Assembly: GCA_951406725.2 (NCBI GenBank)
Contig: OX597820.1
Coordinates: forward strand, 27,280,001-27,344,000
DNA length: 64,000 nucleotides
Direction of reading: 5' to 3'
Origin: Octopus vulgaris
Lineage: Eukaryota
Shown here: piece by piece, positions 26,850 through 39,888 of the stretch
Position numbering within the stretch: position 1 is the stretch's first letter
Layout of the letters: the number at the start of each line of letters is the position of its first letter
Position numbers and translations under genes: made by a program
Notes under the pieces: model-generated
Databases searched by the model: none
Told to the model about the DNA's origin: nothing
The model's input: only the letters and a program-made list of their open reading frames with translations

Positions 26850-27750
26850 CGAATATGGCACAACGCCTGCAATTTTAGCGAGGAAAGGTTACACCATTAC
26901 ACGGATCCCATTACTCAAACGGTACTTATTTTATCAAACCCGAAAGAAGAAGCACTAAGTTGACCTCCATGGAATCTGAACTCAGAACGTAAAACGCTAA
27001 GAGAAAAGCCACTAAGCATTTTGTCTCATGAGCTAACTTCTTGCCCGTTCACAGCCTTTAATGGTTTCAAAGTTTCGCAAAAGGCCAGCAGTTTTTAGGA
27101 GGACGGGTGCGGTGATACCATCGAGCTTTAATACGTATTAACTACTACTTTATTTTTATCGATTTCGAAAGTTTGAAAGGTGACGTCGACTCCGGAAGAA
27201 TTCGAACTCAAGACGCGATGATCCAGATGAAACGCTGCTGAGCATTTTGTCCAACGTTCTAACGATTCAGCTAACTCATCGCCCTATTTTGTTGGAAGTA
27301 TTTTGCAAAGAACGTATATTGTACAATGCACGCACAATGTAAATCATATATAATCTTTTCTACTCTAGGCACAAAGCCCGAAATTTTGGGGGAGGGGGAT
27401 CAGTCAATTAGATCTACCCCAGTACGCAACTGGTACTTAATTTATCGACACCGATAGATGAAAGGCAAAGTCGACCTCGACGGAATTTGAACTCAGAACG
27501 TAGCTGCAGACGAAATACATATTTCTTTACTACTCACTAGGGGCTAAATACAGAGAGGACAAACAAGGACAGACAAACGGATTAAGTCGATTACATCGAC
27601 CCCAGTGCGTAACTGGTACTTATTTAATCGACCCCGAAAGGATGAAAAGCAAAGTCGACCTCGGCGGAATTTGAACTCAGAACATAAAGACTGACGAAAT
27701 ACCGCTAGGCATTTCGCCCGGCGTGCTAACGATTCTGTCAGCTCGACGCC
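26850..27750 (-). mobile_element. Three to four family-A SINE copies
   Basis: Family-A consensus. The 27355-27750 copy is flanked by the TSD TGTAAATCATAYATAAT. Confidence 0.85.
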
Positions 27751-27828
27751 CTGTAAATCATACATAATGGTGACATAAATTGGTGAACGTTTGTGTTCAG
27801 AAATACGATTAATATTGAAGTTTATATA

Positions 27829-27990
27829 GGCGCAGGTGTGCCTGTGTGGTAAGTAGCTTGCTTACCAACCACATGGTTTCGGGTTCAGTCCCACTGCGTG
27901 ACACCTTGGAGAAGTGTCTTCTAGTATAGCCTCGAGCCGACCAAAGCCTTGTGAGTGGATTTGGTTGACGGAAACGGAAAGAAGCCCGTC

Positions 27991-28036
<46 letters not shown>

Positions 28037-28416
28037 TAGCAGTATCGTCCGGCGTTGCTCGGGTTTGTAAGGGAAATAACTATATAATCATGTTTAGAGA
28101 GTTACAGCATGGCAGCAGTCAAATGACTGAAACAAGTCAAAGAATAAAGGAATAGTCTACTAATCGAAGCTTCTAGAATCAAGGCAATGAGTTTTACGTC
28201 ACCGACCTTCAAAATCACACATGGCTATTTGAAAAATAGAAGGAAATATTAAACACGCAGATGTGGCTGTGTGGTATGTAGCTTGCTTACCAACCACATG
28301 GTTCCGGGTTCATTCTTACTGCGTGGCGCCTTGGGCAAGTGTTTTCTACTATAGCCTCGGACCGACCAAAGCCTTGTGAGTGGATTTTGTAGACGGAAAC
28401 TGAAAGAAGCCCGTCG

Positions 28417-28485
<69 letters not shown>

Positions 28486-28665
28486 TTGTGTGTGTCTCCC
28501 GAACATCGCTTGACAACCGATGCTGGTGTGTTTACGTCCCCCATAACTTAGCGGTTCGGCAAAACAGAGCGATAGAATAAGTACTAGTCCTGGGTTCGAT
28601 TTGCTCGACTAAAGGCGGTGCTCCAGCATGGCCGCAGTCAAATGACTGAAACAAGTAAAAGAGTA
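27829..28665 (+). mobile_element. Two family-B SINEs; the first is interrupted by a Helitron 3' end at ~28036-28070
   Basis: Family-B heads at 27829 and ~28255. CTAGCAGTATCGTCCGGCGTTGCTCGGG matches the Helitron end at 13669. Confidence 0.85.
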
Positions 28666-28822
28666 ACGGAATTGTGGAAATTCTTAAGCATGCAACTTGG
28701 TCTTATTTGATAAGTATGTGACACAGAGATCTACTGGAGCCGGATTGAACTGGGTTAAACAGTCTCATAGATCGGTAGCCACTACACACATTTTTAATCT
28801 CTCCTTGTTTCTTTCTGTGTTC

Positions 28823-28858
28823 CTTTCTGTGGAAGAGCGTAGGCTCGAAACGTAAAGG
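28823..28858 (+). ncRNA. Minimal hammerhead-like motif with A6U core (element ~28768-28950)
   Basis: cttt-CTGTGGA-a-gagc-gtag-gctc-GAAA-cg-TA-aagg. Confidence 0.6.
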
Positions 28859-29083
28859 ACTTTCTCAATTCCCGAGCGTTATACTAATACATCTGTTTGT
28901 TTTCTACACCACCCGTCTTCGTCTTTTGTTTTTTGTGAATTCTCCCCATATCTCAATATATATTTACCTGCTTATTATCTACTTATCTACATAAGAAATA
29001 ATTGTTCTAACTACTCTACCTACATTATATAACTATTCACTTGCAGTGGAATTTACAGTACTAATATTTATTAGTACACGCAT

Positions 29084-29133
<50 letters not shown>

Positions 29134-29527
29134 TCACACACACTCTCTCTCTCACACACGCACGCGTACATGTACGCGCGAATACAAACTTTTTCCAGAA
29201 CTGTCGCAATGTTAATTTAAGATATTGATCAATCTTGCAACGTTCGGCAGGATATGGGTTAATATTATGACCCCCGGGTCTTCGACCTTTCAGAATAAAT
29301 ACGCAATTAGAAGTGTTTCAGGTTGTAATAGCTCAACTGAAGCTTCGTATTGTTCAATGCCAATACAGTAAAACCATATCTCGTGCAAGATCATGGCTTG
29401 TTGAATGGGAAACATGCAGACAAGTTCAGAAGAAATGCTCATATCATATACACACGCATTGATAACCATTAGGAAATGCACACTAACATACTCAGACACA
29501 CACACGTACACATACGTCCAGGTATAA

Positions 29528-29614
<87 letters not shown>

Positions 29615-29852
29615 TTGTCCAGGTATATAGGTAAATAATAAGTATTCAGATTGTTATCTGAGTGTCTGTCAAACAGCATATGTTTGTAACATTGAAAGCG
29701 TTGTGCATTGTCTACCGGTGCTGAATATGTGCAACTTACCTGTGAATATGGGTTGTGCGTGTTATATAAAGCTATATGCACAACTCACTGTTTCTATGTC
29801 GTTCTCATATTCTTTATTTCTCTCTGTCTCAGTACACACACACGTACACACG

Positions 29853-29927
<75 letters not shown>

Positions 29928-29995
29928 AATACAAAATGGGACAAGAACGCAAAACATCCGGAAGACGATACAAAAAACACGGACGGGCCATTCGA

Positions 29996-30061
29996 AGCGT
30001 TTAATCTTCAGTCAAGAATCGGATCATCCTCGCAATGTCGGCTGATTGATCTTGAGATTGC
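29996..30061 (-). ncRNA. Non-circularly permuted hammerhead-like motif, family 2 (element ~29929-30134)
   Basis: Reverse complement reads gcaa-TC-tcaaga-tcaatc-agcc-GACA-ttgc-(14 nt)-tcttga-CTGAAGA. Stems III (gcaa/ttgc) and I (tcaaga/tcttga) are perfect, GAAA is mutated and stem II is weak. Confidence 0.6.
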
Positions 30062-30132
30062 TCCAATCTGGCCAGCCCCAAGGAAAAACTAAGCTGAGAG
30101 CATTAGTTTCCTTGGAAAAAAAACTTCGAATG

Positions 30133-30228
<96 letters not shown>

Positions 30229-30573
30229 CAAACGAAAATGAGAAAGGAGAAATAACTCAGAGAGGCCAGTGGCATATATTTGGAGAACATAGAGATCTAC
30301 ACATTTCTCAAATGCCATAAATCATAAATTCTTGATGTGTTGAAATTATCACCGTCTCAAGAGGATGTCCCATTATTACCAAAATGACAATTATGGACAG
30401 CTCCGTATGAGAAGTGGCAATCACAGGATTGAAGAATTTTTCCGAAGTCGACATGCCATTTAGGAAAAGGGCAAGCTTATTGCTGTGTGTGTGTGTTTGT
30501 ACGTTAGTGTATGTATACACACATATATATATATGTATGTAGACGTTATATATATATATATATAAATATGTAT

Positions 30574-30633
<60 letters not shown>

Positions 30634-30828
30634 CTTATGTTTTCCAGTTTCAGCCCTTGAGCTGTGGCCATGCTGGGGCACCGCCATTTATATATGTAGA
30701 CGTTATATATATATATATATATATATAGTTAATCCAAACATGAAAACACAATGAGAAAACACAACAACGCGAGGACGTGGAACAAATATAGTATTATTGA
30801 ACGCTCAGGAAGGAAGGGAAGAAGTGGG

Positions 30829-30863
30829 GTTTTACGTTTCGAGCGGAGCTCTTCGTCAGAAAC
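30829..30863 (-). ncRNA. Minimal type I hammerhead with intact core (element ~30727-30935)
   Basis: Reverse complement reads gttt-CTGACGA-a-gagc-tcc-gctc-GAAA-cg-TA-aaac. Confidence 0.8.
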
Positions 30864-30931
30864 AGAGGAAAAGGAAAGAACCAGAGAAGAGAAGACGGAG
30901 GGAAAAAAATCGCCAACGGTATACACGCGGT

Positions 30932-30963
<32 letters not shown>

Positions 30964-31048
30964 CATATATATACATATATATACAGTCACCATGATAGAT
31001 CTTTAGCCACTACACACATTTTTTTCTTTCCTTGTTTTTTCTGTGTCC

Positions 31049-31084
31049 CTTTCTGTAGAAGAGCGTAGGCTCGAAAAGTAAAAG
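31049..31084 (+). ncRNA. Minimal hammerhead-like motif with A6U core and damaged stem III (element ~30984-31176)
   Basis: cttt-CTGTAGA-a-gagc-gtag-gctc-GAAA-ag-TA-aaag. Confidence 0.5.
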
Positions 31085-31248
31085 ACTTTTTTCTATTCCT
31101 GAGCGTTATACTAATACATTTGTTTGTTTTCTACACCACCTGTCTTTGTCTTTTGTTTTTTCGTAAACTCTCCCTATATATATATATACATATATATATG
31201 TATATATATATGTATATATATAAATATATATGTATATAAATATATATG

Positions 31249-31280
<32 letters not shown>

Positions 31281-31562
31281 CGTATATATATTTATGCCAT
31301 AATAAATACAGTGTTTGTGTCATTCGACTAAAATTTCTTTGAGGTCGGTGTTTCAGTATTGTCTCGGTAAAATCACTGAAGCATGTAAAAGATTAAAAGA
31401 TAAATGATCTCTATCTCTCCTCCCTCCCTTCCTCTCCCTCTCTCTTCTATATACATATATACTTTTCTATACTCTCCGAGCGTTGAACTAATTCAGCGGC
31501 TTCTTGTTCCTTCATGTGTCTTCGTCTTTTGCTTTCTACATATTTAACTACACACACACACA

Positions 31563-31626
<64 letters not shown>

Positions 31627-32135
31627 TATGTATATAAAAATGCATATACAATACCAATGAATGTTTTATCTAATTTCTCCTATATGTATCTAAAACTATA
31701 TTGGACACTCTCAGGCACAATAGGACGTGGGAAAACACTCAATTACGGATAAAAGACCTGATATTTACGCATGTCAGGTCTCGTCAACATGCGTAAATAC
31801 ACACTGGACTGTGAATGATGTCACTGAATCTTAGGATACGTGCATTTCAACGTTCTTTCGCGTCCTCAAATACGAACAGAAATTCTGTCACCCCCGCCCC
31901 CAAAATGCATTCGTTTTCATACTAGAGCAGCGCACGTTATATCTGCTGATGTGCATAAGTCTTGGTCTAGCTAGAAATAAATAGAATCGTACGAAGCAGC
32001 ATTAAGCACAATATATTCATATAAAATGCCATTTAACACAATGGAGACGCTCAGGCCTCGGAGGCCTCCCACTCTGCTGCGGAAATAATCGCCAAAAAAT
32101 ATTTTCTTCTAGACTATATGTGTGATATCATATCT

Positions 32136-32696
32136 ATGGCTGCGCGGATTAGCATAAATGAAACGGAAATGAGCCGATTGGAAGAACTCAGTGACGTGTA
32201 TTTGACTAACAAACACGGTTATGAGTTGCTGAACTTGCTCGAGCACATTCGAACGATGAAAAACACTCAACTACAGAAAACGACCTGACAGAAAATTCAC
32301 CTCCTCGGCATGTCTGAATGTACTTTCACGCATGTGGCCACTGTACTCTGCGAAAATAACTGCGAAATCACTTTCGAATCAGACACAACCCTCTTGAAAA
32401 AGGTAAGAAAATATTGGATGAAAAGGTTCTTGAACTCCTTAAAGTGGCTGAGGGGTCAAAACAGTCAGTCGCCCGCTGACACTCGTTGACGCCACATCGA
32501 AGAGGCCAGGGAACAGAAGAAAGAAGACCAGAGCTGAAGAACCTCCGAAAGTGGTGGTGGTGGTGGGGGCACCACGTCAAAACGGTAGAGGAGTAGGGCC
32601 GAAACCGGACGTGCTTTCTTCCTGATATCTTGAGTTAATTGGATCCTATAAAGGAGCTGTTGTGGTAGCAGACCACGGAACATGGTTGAAATTCTC
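32136..32696 (+). mobile_element. Probable LINE ORF1-region relic; second partial copy inverted at 40222-40480
   Basis: Two homologous GC-richer copies. The frame TVSRPLTLVDATSKRPGNRRKKTRAEEPPK...GSYKGAVVVADHGT is broken by stops. The ORF1 assignment is inference. Confidence 0.45.
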
Positions 32697-33421
32697 TATA
32701 TTACCTCATTATTCTCTGGTTGTGTCTGACGCCTACGTTTGTCAGTAGACACACGCACACACACTCTCATTCACACGATACAGACACACACGCACACACG
32801 TACAAAAGCACACGCATACAAATCCACACACACACAGGTTCAACCAAACACATCACAGGTATACACGCACATACACTGACACACACATCACAGACGCATA
32901 GAGGCACGTGCGCCCGCACACACACACAGATACAGACCTTCATACACAACACAAGCACGCACACATTCACACACAACATAGAAACACAAGCACAACCCAC
33001 AAACACACATTCACACACGAACCCATATACTATACAGTATCGCTATATATATCCATGCGCACCTACAAACTTCTGTCCGTCTGCCTACCTGCTGCTGCTT
33101 TTGTCCGTCTTACAGTTCAATATCTATTCAACCGACTGATGTAACCAACACTGACATCTAACCAACTCTACACAGTAAATAGTCATCTAGATGTCAAACG
33201 AACTAACCAGTTAGATACCTAGTTCACAAGAAGTTTCTTGACTAATTTATATAACTTCATACTATTTCGTCATTTATAAAGTTAGATAACTAACAAACCG
33301 ATTGGCTTCTCTGATAAATAGATAGGTAGCTTCTTAGCTACAGAGTTAGCTACTTATCTAATAGGTTAAATTTTATTTTGGCTAATATATAACTTAGATT
33401 ATCTAGTTAGATATGAGTATT

Positions 33422-33712
33422 AAGCTGGTTAGCTCGGTTGTTATCAAGCTGGTTACTTCGTTTGTTATCAATCTGGTTAGCCCGTTTGTTATCAAGCTGG
33501 TTAGCCCGTTTTATCAAGCTGGTTAGCACGTTTGTTATCAAGCTGGTTAGTTCGTTTGTTATCAAGCTGGTTAGCCCGTTTTATCAAGCTGGTTAGTTCG
33601 TTTGTTATCAAGCTGGTTAGTTCGTTTGTTATCAATCTGGTTAGCTCGCTTGTTATCAAGCTAGTTAGCACATTTGTTATCAAGCTGGTTAGCTCGCTTG
33701 TTATCAAGCTCG
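33422..33712. repeat. 24-bp minisatellite (AAGCTGGTTAGYYCGTTTGTTATC)~12
   Basis: Read directly; two units carry the same 2-bp deletion. Confidence 0.95.
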
Positions 33713-34100
33713 CTGAATATTGTAGACAAGTAGTTAGCTAAAAGCTAACTAAAAGCTAACTAGATAACTAAATAAGGTACCTATAGTTAGCAAACATTAG
33801 CGAATTATATGTCTGTCCGCCTGTCTGTTTATCTGTCTGTCTGTTTGTCTGTCTCTCTGTCTGTCTGCCTGTTTCTATGTTTGTCAATCCGAATGGCTGT
33901 CTGTCTATCTATAGATCGATCTTGCTGGGTATCTGGGTTGGCTATCAATCTTTCATGCCTTTATCTCCCTGTATAATTGCTTCCCTCAATTTAGAAGCCT
34001 TTACGTGGTTCTTTGAAAGACTAGAAACAGAAGACTAATCTTACTCAAACCTTGTTATTCTACCTTACGAAAAGAAAAATATACATTAGAAGAACATATT

Positions 34101-35750
34101 CTTTTCTACTCTAGGCACAAGGCCCAAAATTTTTGAGGAGGGGGTCAGTCAATTAGATCGATTCCAGTACGCAACTGGTACTTAATTTATCGGCCCCGAA
34201 AGGATGAAAGGCAAAGTCAACCTCAGTGGAATTTGAACACAGAACAGCGTGCTAACGTTTCTACCAGCTCTATTAGAAGAATATATTACATGAACAAATG
34301 GCACGAACCCAAGGATACATTAAATTTAATAATTACTTCCATATTTCACCATTACTGGCAAAAAAGTAATTATAAACAATGAAAAAAATAGTCACGGCTA
34401 TAGTTATAATTCTACTCGATCAGGACCAACTCAAATGCAGTTTCTATATAATTTCTTGGAGTATATGTGGCTGTGTGGTAAGTAGCTTGCTTACAAACCA
34501 TATGGTTCCGGGTTCAGTCTCACTGCGTGGCACTGTGAGTGGATTTGGTAGACGGAAACTGAAAGAAGCCCGTCGTATATATGTATGTATATATGTATAT
34601 GTATGTGTTTGTCCCCCCCCCCCACCGCAACATCGCTTGACAACCGATGCTGGTGTGCTTATCTCCCCGTCATTTAGAGGTTCATCAAGAGAGACTGGTA
34701 GAATAAGTACTAGGCTTACAAAGAATAAGTCCTGGGGTCGATTTGCTCGACTAAAGGTGGTGCTCCACAGTCAAATGACTGAAACAAATAAAAGACAAAA
34801 AAAGAATATATATATATCCCTCAGTCAATTATTATATATTCACCTGAATCACATACATACGCACATACACACACACACTACCATCACCACCACTGCCTCC
34901 CATCTCTTCCTCCTCCTCCTCCTCCTCCTCCACCACCACCTCCACGTCTGCCTCCACCCACGCCTCCTCCTCTACCACCCCTACCGCATGTACTATGCTG
35001 TCGTGCTAGTGTGTATATAAGCATAACCTACTTCTTTTCAACTAGTGTGTGTAGCTTTCTTTGTTCATATGAGTGCAATTGTCAAGATATCTCTTCAACT
35101 ATGCCTTGCACAAGGTTTGCATATCAATACACACGCACGTATATAATATATACATGCGTATATGCGTTCTTGCATTCACATATAATAAATACACACATGC
35201 TCATACACACGAACACACATATATGCATACCTGTATACATTCGTACATATACACACATATCTAACTAGTAGCTAAGAGTAGCACATGTGCAAGGAACAGA
35301 CTGAAGTTAGTAACTTATTACTCTTTTACTCTTTTACTTGTTTCAGTCATTTGACTGTGGCCATGCTGGAGCACCGCCTTTAGTCGAGCAAATCGATCCC
35401 AGGACTTATTCTTTGTAAGCCTAGTACTTATTCTATCGGTGTCTTTTACCGAACCGCTAAGTTACGGGGACGTAAATACACCAGCATCGGTTGTCAAGCG
35501 ATGTTAAGGGGACAAACACAGACACAAACACATACTCACGCACACACGCACACACACACACACACACACATACATACATATATATATATGACGGGCTTCT
35601 TTCAGTTTCCGTCAACCAAATTCACTCACAAGTCTTTGGTCGGCCCGAGGCTATAGTAGAAGACACTTGCCCAAGGTACCACACAATGGGACTGAACCCG
35701 GAACCATGTGGTTGGTAAGCACGCTACTTATCACACAGCCACTCCTACGC
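34101..35750. mobile_element. SINE insertions: family A 34101-34271 (-), family B 34460-34800 (+) and 35320-35750 (-)
   Basis: Consensus matches. The family-A copy has the TSD ATTAGAAGAAYATATT. Confidence 0.85.
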
Positions 35751-35829
35751 TTGTATTGTGTATATATCTTTGGTTAGATATACTCGATAGATATTTGACG
35801 CTTCAACCTGCTTTGAGATCATATAACGG

Positions 35830-36700
35830 GGAATATATTACATGAACAAATGGCACGAATCCAAGAATACATTATATATAATAATTACATACATATTTCA
35901 CCATTATTGGCGAAAAAGTAATTATAAACAACGAAAAGAAAGTCACGACTAAAGATTACTATTCTACCCGATCAGGACCAACTAGCCTTGCTGGAGGAAA
36001 CAAGGAAGTATGGCGATATAAGGAGAAGCAACTACTAAATTCATACCAGAGGAAACAGTAAGGAACCGTAAGAACTGGTTTGAAGTGTGGACGCACAAAC
36101 AGAAAGCCTTTGACAGTAGACGATATTTGGTTGCATAATCGACGCGTTATATTCACTAAGTCTACAAACACTGGCAGCTGCTATTCTATAACCAACAAAG
36201 ACTAAAAAAAGTCTTTGCTTGACGAACCAATCAAATGCGACCGCAAAGCAATCAAATGTGACGCCATTCGTTATCAAATAGCTATTCTTTATGCAGTAGC
36301 CTGTTGGTACTGTTCTTTATCGTTTCTTTGAAACCGTTATCGCAACTGGCCACAAAACACGGAGTTTAGAAAAATGAGCGCTTGGAATCTAGGAATATCT
36401 CTCACTTTTTCTTTGATGAGGATCTGAAGCTGTATGGGCCATGTATTAATCCTCTGGCTCTGATATCAGTTTGGTTCTGATTAATCCTTTGGTTCTGATA
36501 TAATTCAATGTTCAATGTTGAATGGGGGTTCAGCTGTATTCCATAACTATACTCCACAAATATTGGAATAGATTTTAATAATTCCACAGGTATATATTTG
36601 GTAGCCAGAAGATAAGCAATTGCATCCACAGCAAAAAAAAAAAACCCCCAAAAAAAAAACCCGGCATAAAACAACGAAATTCAAAAGAAAGTATCAAACT
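35830..36700 (+). pseudogene. Highly decayed R4/Dong-like reverse transcriptase
   Basis: VWTHKQKAFDS (KAFDS at 36103-36117) and ISHFFFDEDLKLYG (36397-36438) resemble RT motifs WxDyxKAFDS and ISHLLYMDDLKLY. Boundaries are approximate. Confidence 0.65.
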
Positions 36701-37428
36701 CACTAAACATGAAATGTCTCATCATACATTTCAAAAAATCAAAAGAGAGCTACAAGTATCTTGAACACTATGTGAATTCAAATACGGCCCAGAAATGAAT
36801 ATGTCAAACGAGTGAAAAATATTTGGTTACTATATCCCCTTCAGCCTGGAGCAAGCAGTTTTCTCAGAACAGTTATCCAGTGGCTATCCAGCCACCTAAT
36901 TTTGACCTTCTGTGTTTGTCCACCACCACCGCTTGACGCACGGTGTTTGAGTTCTTATGTCCTCATAACTTAGTGGTTCGGCAAAACTGACTGGTAGAAT
37001 ACGTACCAGGTTTAAGAAAAAAATACTAAGGGTGATTCGATCGCCTATAAAACTTGAAAATGATGCTCCAGTATTACTGCACTCTAATGTTTGAGAAGAT
37101 AAAAAGATAAAAAATAAAGACGTCAGTTTTAAAATCATCTTTATGCATTCCAATAGTAAGAAATCCTCACAAATTACAAATCTGTACAAAACAGAAAGAA
37201 TCAGATGCCAATAAATGTAGGCTATGGAAAATCAAACTTAAAGGATTTAACCAGATCCTTGTCATATGCAAGAGAACGTCCTGTAGATATTACCTTCCTA
37301 TAATGCATGATGTGGCAGCCAGAGCAATATGGAATGGAATAAGAAAGAGAGGGGTCAAGCAATAAAGATGAACACATTGAGATCGATGAAGTCTAAGAAC
37401 AGAAAAAAAGTAAGCAAATTTTTTTATA

Positions 37429-37599
37429 GGCGTAGGAGTGGCTTTGTGGTAAATATCTTGCTTACCAACCACATGGTTCCGGGTTCTGTCCTACTGCGTG
37501 GCACCTTGGGCAAGTGTCTTCTACTATAGCCTCGGGCCGACCAAAGCCTTGTGAATGGATTTGGTAGACGGAAACTGAAAGAAGCCCGCCGTATATATG

Positions 37600-37684
<85 letters not shown>

Positions 37685-38395
37685 GTATGTGTGTGTCTCT
37701 GTGTGTGTCTCTGTGTCTCTGTGTCTGTGTGTATGTTTGTTATTTCTTTACTGCACACAAGGGGCTAAACACAGAGGAGACAAACAAGGACAGACAAACG
37801 GATTAAGTCGATTATATCGACCCCAGTGCGTAACTGATACTTATTTAATCGACCCCGGAAGTATGAAAGGCAAAGTCGACCTCGGCAGAATTTGAACTCA
37901 GAACGTAGCTGCAGACGAAATATCACTAAACATTTCGCCTGGTGTGTTAACGTTTCTTATTTCTTTACTACCCACAAGGGGCTAAACACAGAGGGGACAA
38001 ACAAGGACAGAAAAACGTATTAAGTCGATTATATCGACACCAGTGCGTAACTGGTACTTATTTAATCGACCCCGAAAGGATGAATGGCAAAGTCGACCTC
38101 GGCGGAATTTGAACTCAGAACGTAGCTGCACACAAAATATCGCGAAGCATTTCGCCCGGTGTGCTATCGTTTCTGCCTGATCGCCGTGTGTGTATATGTT
38201 TGTGTGTCTGTGTTTGTCCCCCAACATCGCTTGACAACCGATGCTGGTGTATTGACGTCCCCATAACTTAGCGGTTCGGCAAAAGAGACCGATAGAATAA
38301 GTACTAGGCTTACAAAGAATAAGTCCTGGGGTCGATTTGCTCGACTAAAGGCGGTGCTCCAGCATGGCCGCAGTCAAATGACTGAAACATGTAAG
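37429..38395 (+). mobile_element. Family-B SINE with two family-A copies (37740-38185, -) nested in its internal microsatellite
   Basis: B head at 37429, inverted A bodies, and the B tail resuming at ~38205. Confidence 0.9.
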
Positions 38396-39046
38396 GGAGT
38401 ATGGAAGAGAGTATGGAAAGAAGATATCTTTGGAAAATTGATGAGGAATCTGTCTGCAAAATCGGTAACTAAATGATACCTGTAGCTTTATGTTAATCAT
38501 TATACCAATCTGTATCCTGTTATACTAACAAAGTTATAAAAGTTCTGAATAAACCCATGAAAACATTCGAGTATATAAGTTGGCGATTGGCCCAGGAGTT
38601 CCTACGCAATTACAATGTGAAGGATACAAGTTCGACTAAACCGAAATAGTGGAATTACGGAATGTGTGCTAATCCGTCTGGAGCAAGTATTGCAGAACTT
38701 TAAATCTTTTTAAGAAAGAATTAATAGATTAGATGTAGTCAAGGTATCTGGAGCAAATATGTATTTGCTAGACATTGTTAGAATTTATAGGTAGAATGGT
38801 AGCACATGCGCTGACAAAATGAACAAGTCGCTTTTTTAATATGTTTTATACCAAACTTTGGCCACACGGGAGGACATTCAGAATACGAAGTAAAATTCCA
38901 ATCAGAAAGCGAAAACTTACAATTTTTTACTTTTGTTATTCTCCAAACTTCACCGCTACACCAATCTTTCTTTGTTAGAAACCAATCCTTTTTAGGAACG
39001 ATAGAAATAATTAACAAAAAGAAGAGAGGATATGTGTATATATATA

Positions 39047-39339
39047 TCACCACCGTGATCACCGTGACCGACCAGGCTATCAGATGCTGCTACACATCGC
39101 TGGTCACATTGCGCTTCGCATTGTTTTAGCCTTCAACTGACGCCACCCCGCTGGCTAAGCGAGCAGGCCAACAGAAGAAGGAGTGAGAGGAAGTTGTGGC
39201 GAAAGAGTACAGCAAGGATCGCCACCACCTCCTGCCAGAGCCTCGTGGAGCTTTAGATGTTTTCGCCCAAATAACACTCACAACGCCCGGTCTGGGAATC
39301 GAAACCGCGAGTCCGCTGCTCTAAACACAGGGCCATTGC

Positions 39340-39342
<3 letters not shown>
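39047..39342 (-). mobile_element. Family-C SINE
   Basis: Homologous to 22620-22929. Confidence 0.85.
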
Positions 39343-39422
<80 letters not shown>

Positions 39423-39690
39423 CAAACATATAAATATATATATATGTATCTCTCTCACTCTCTCTATATATATGTATATATATGTATTTATATATTTATT
39501 TATATATATATATACATATAGAGTGTGCGCGTGCATTCGCGTGTGCATGTTTGTGTGTATGTTCGCATATATGTGTATAAATATATATGCATATATGTAT
39601 ATACATCTATCTCTCTCTATATATACATTACATATACATATATGTATATAAGCGTAAATATGTATGTTTGAGCGTGTATACATAAAATTA

Positions 39691-39763
<73 letters not shown>

Positions 39764-39842
39764 TATGTATCTACACGAATATGTGTGTGTAAGTACGCAA
39801 CCAATCTCGCAGATACAGAATTCACATATTGTATACGCACAT

Positions 39843-39888
<46 letters not shown>

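Noticed and set aside
28636-28662. Family-B SINE tail agtc-aaat-gact-GAAA-caag-TA, resembling a hammerhead 3' half
   Set aside because: No CUGANGA strand or stem I partner was seen in the copies examined.
30355-30412. Nested tctca/tgaga and tgtcc/ggaca stems in a (TA)n-associated element
   Set aside because: The geometry is HHR-like, but neither strand has recognisable CUGANGA and GAAA cores.
32533-32580. CTGAAGA-acctcc-GAAA hammerhead-like core
   Set aside because: There is no stem II, no U16.1 in register and no stem I, and it lies in a protein-coding-like relic.
33422-33712. CRISPR-like repeat array
   Set aside because: The units are contiguous with no unique spacers, the context is eukaryotic, and there are no cas genes.
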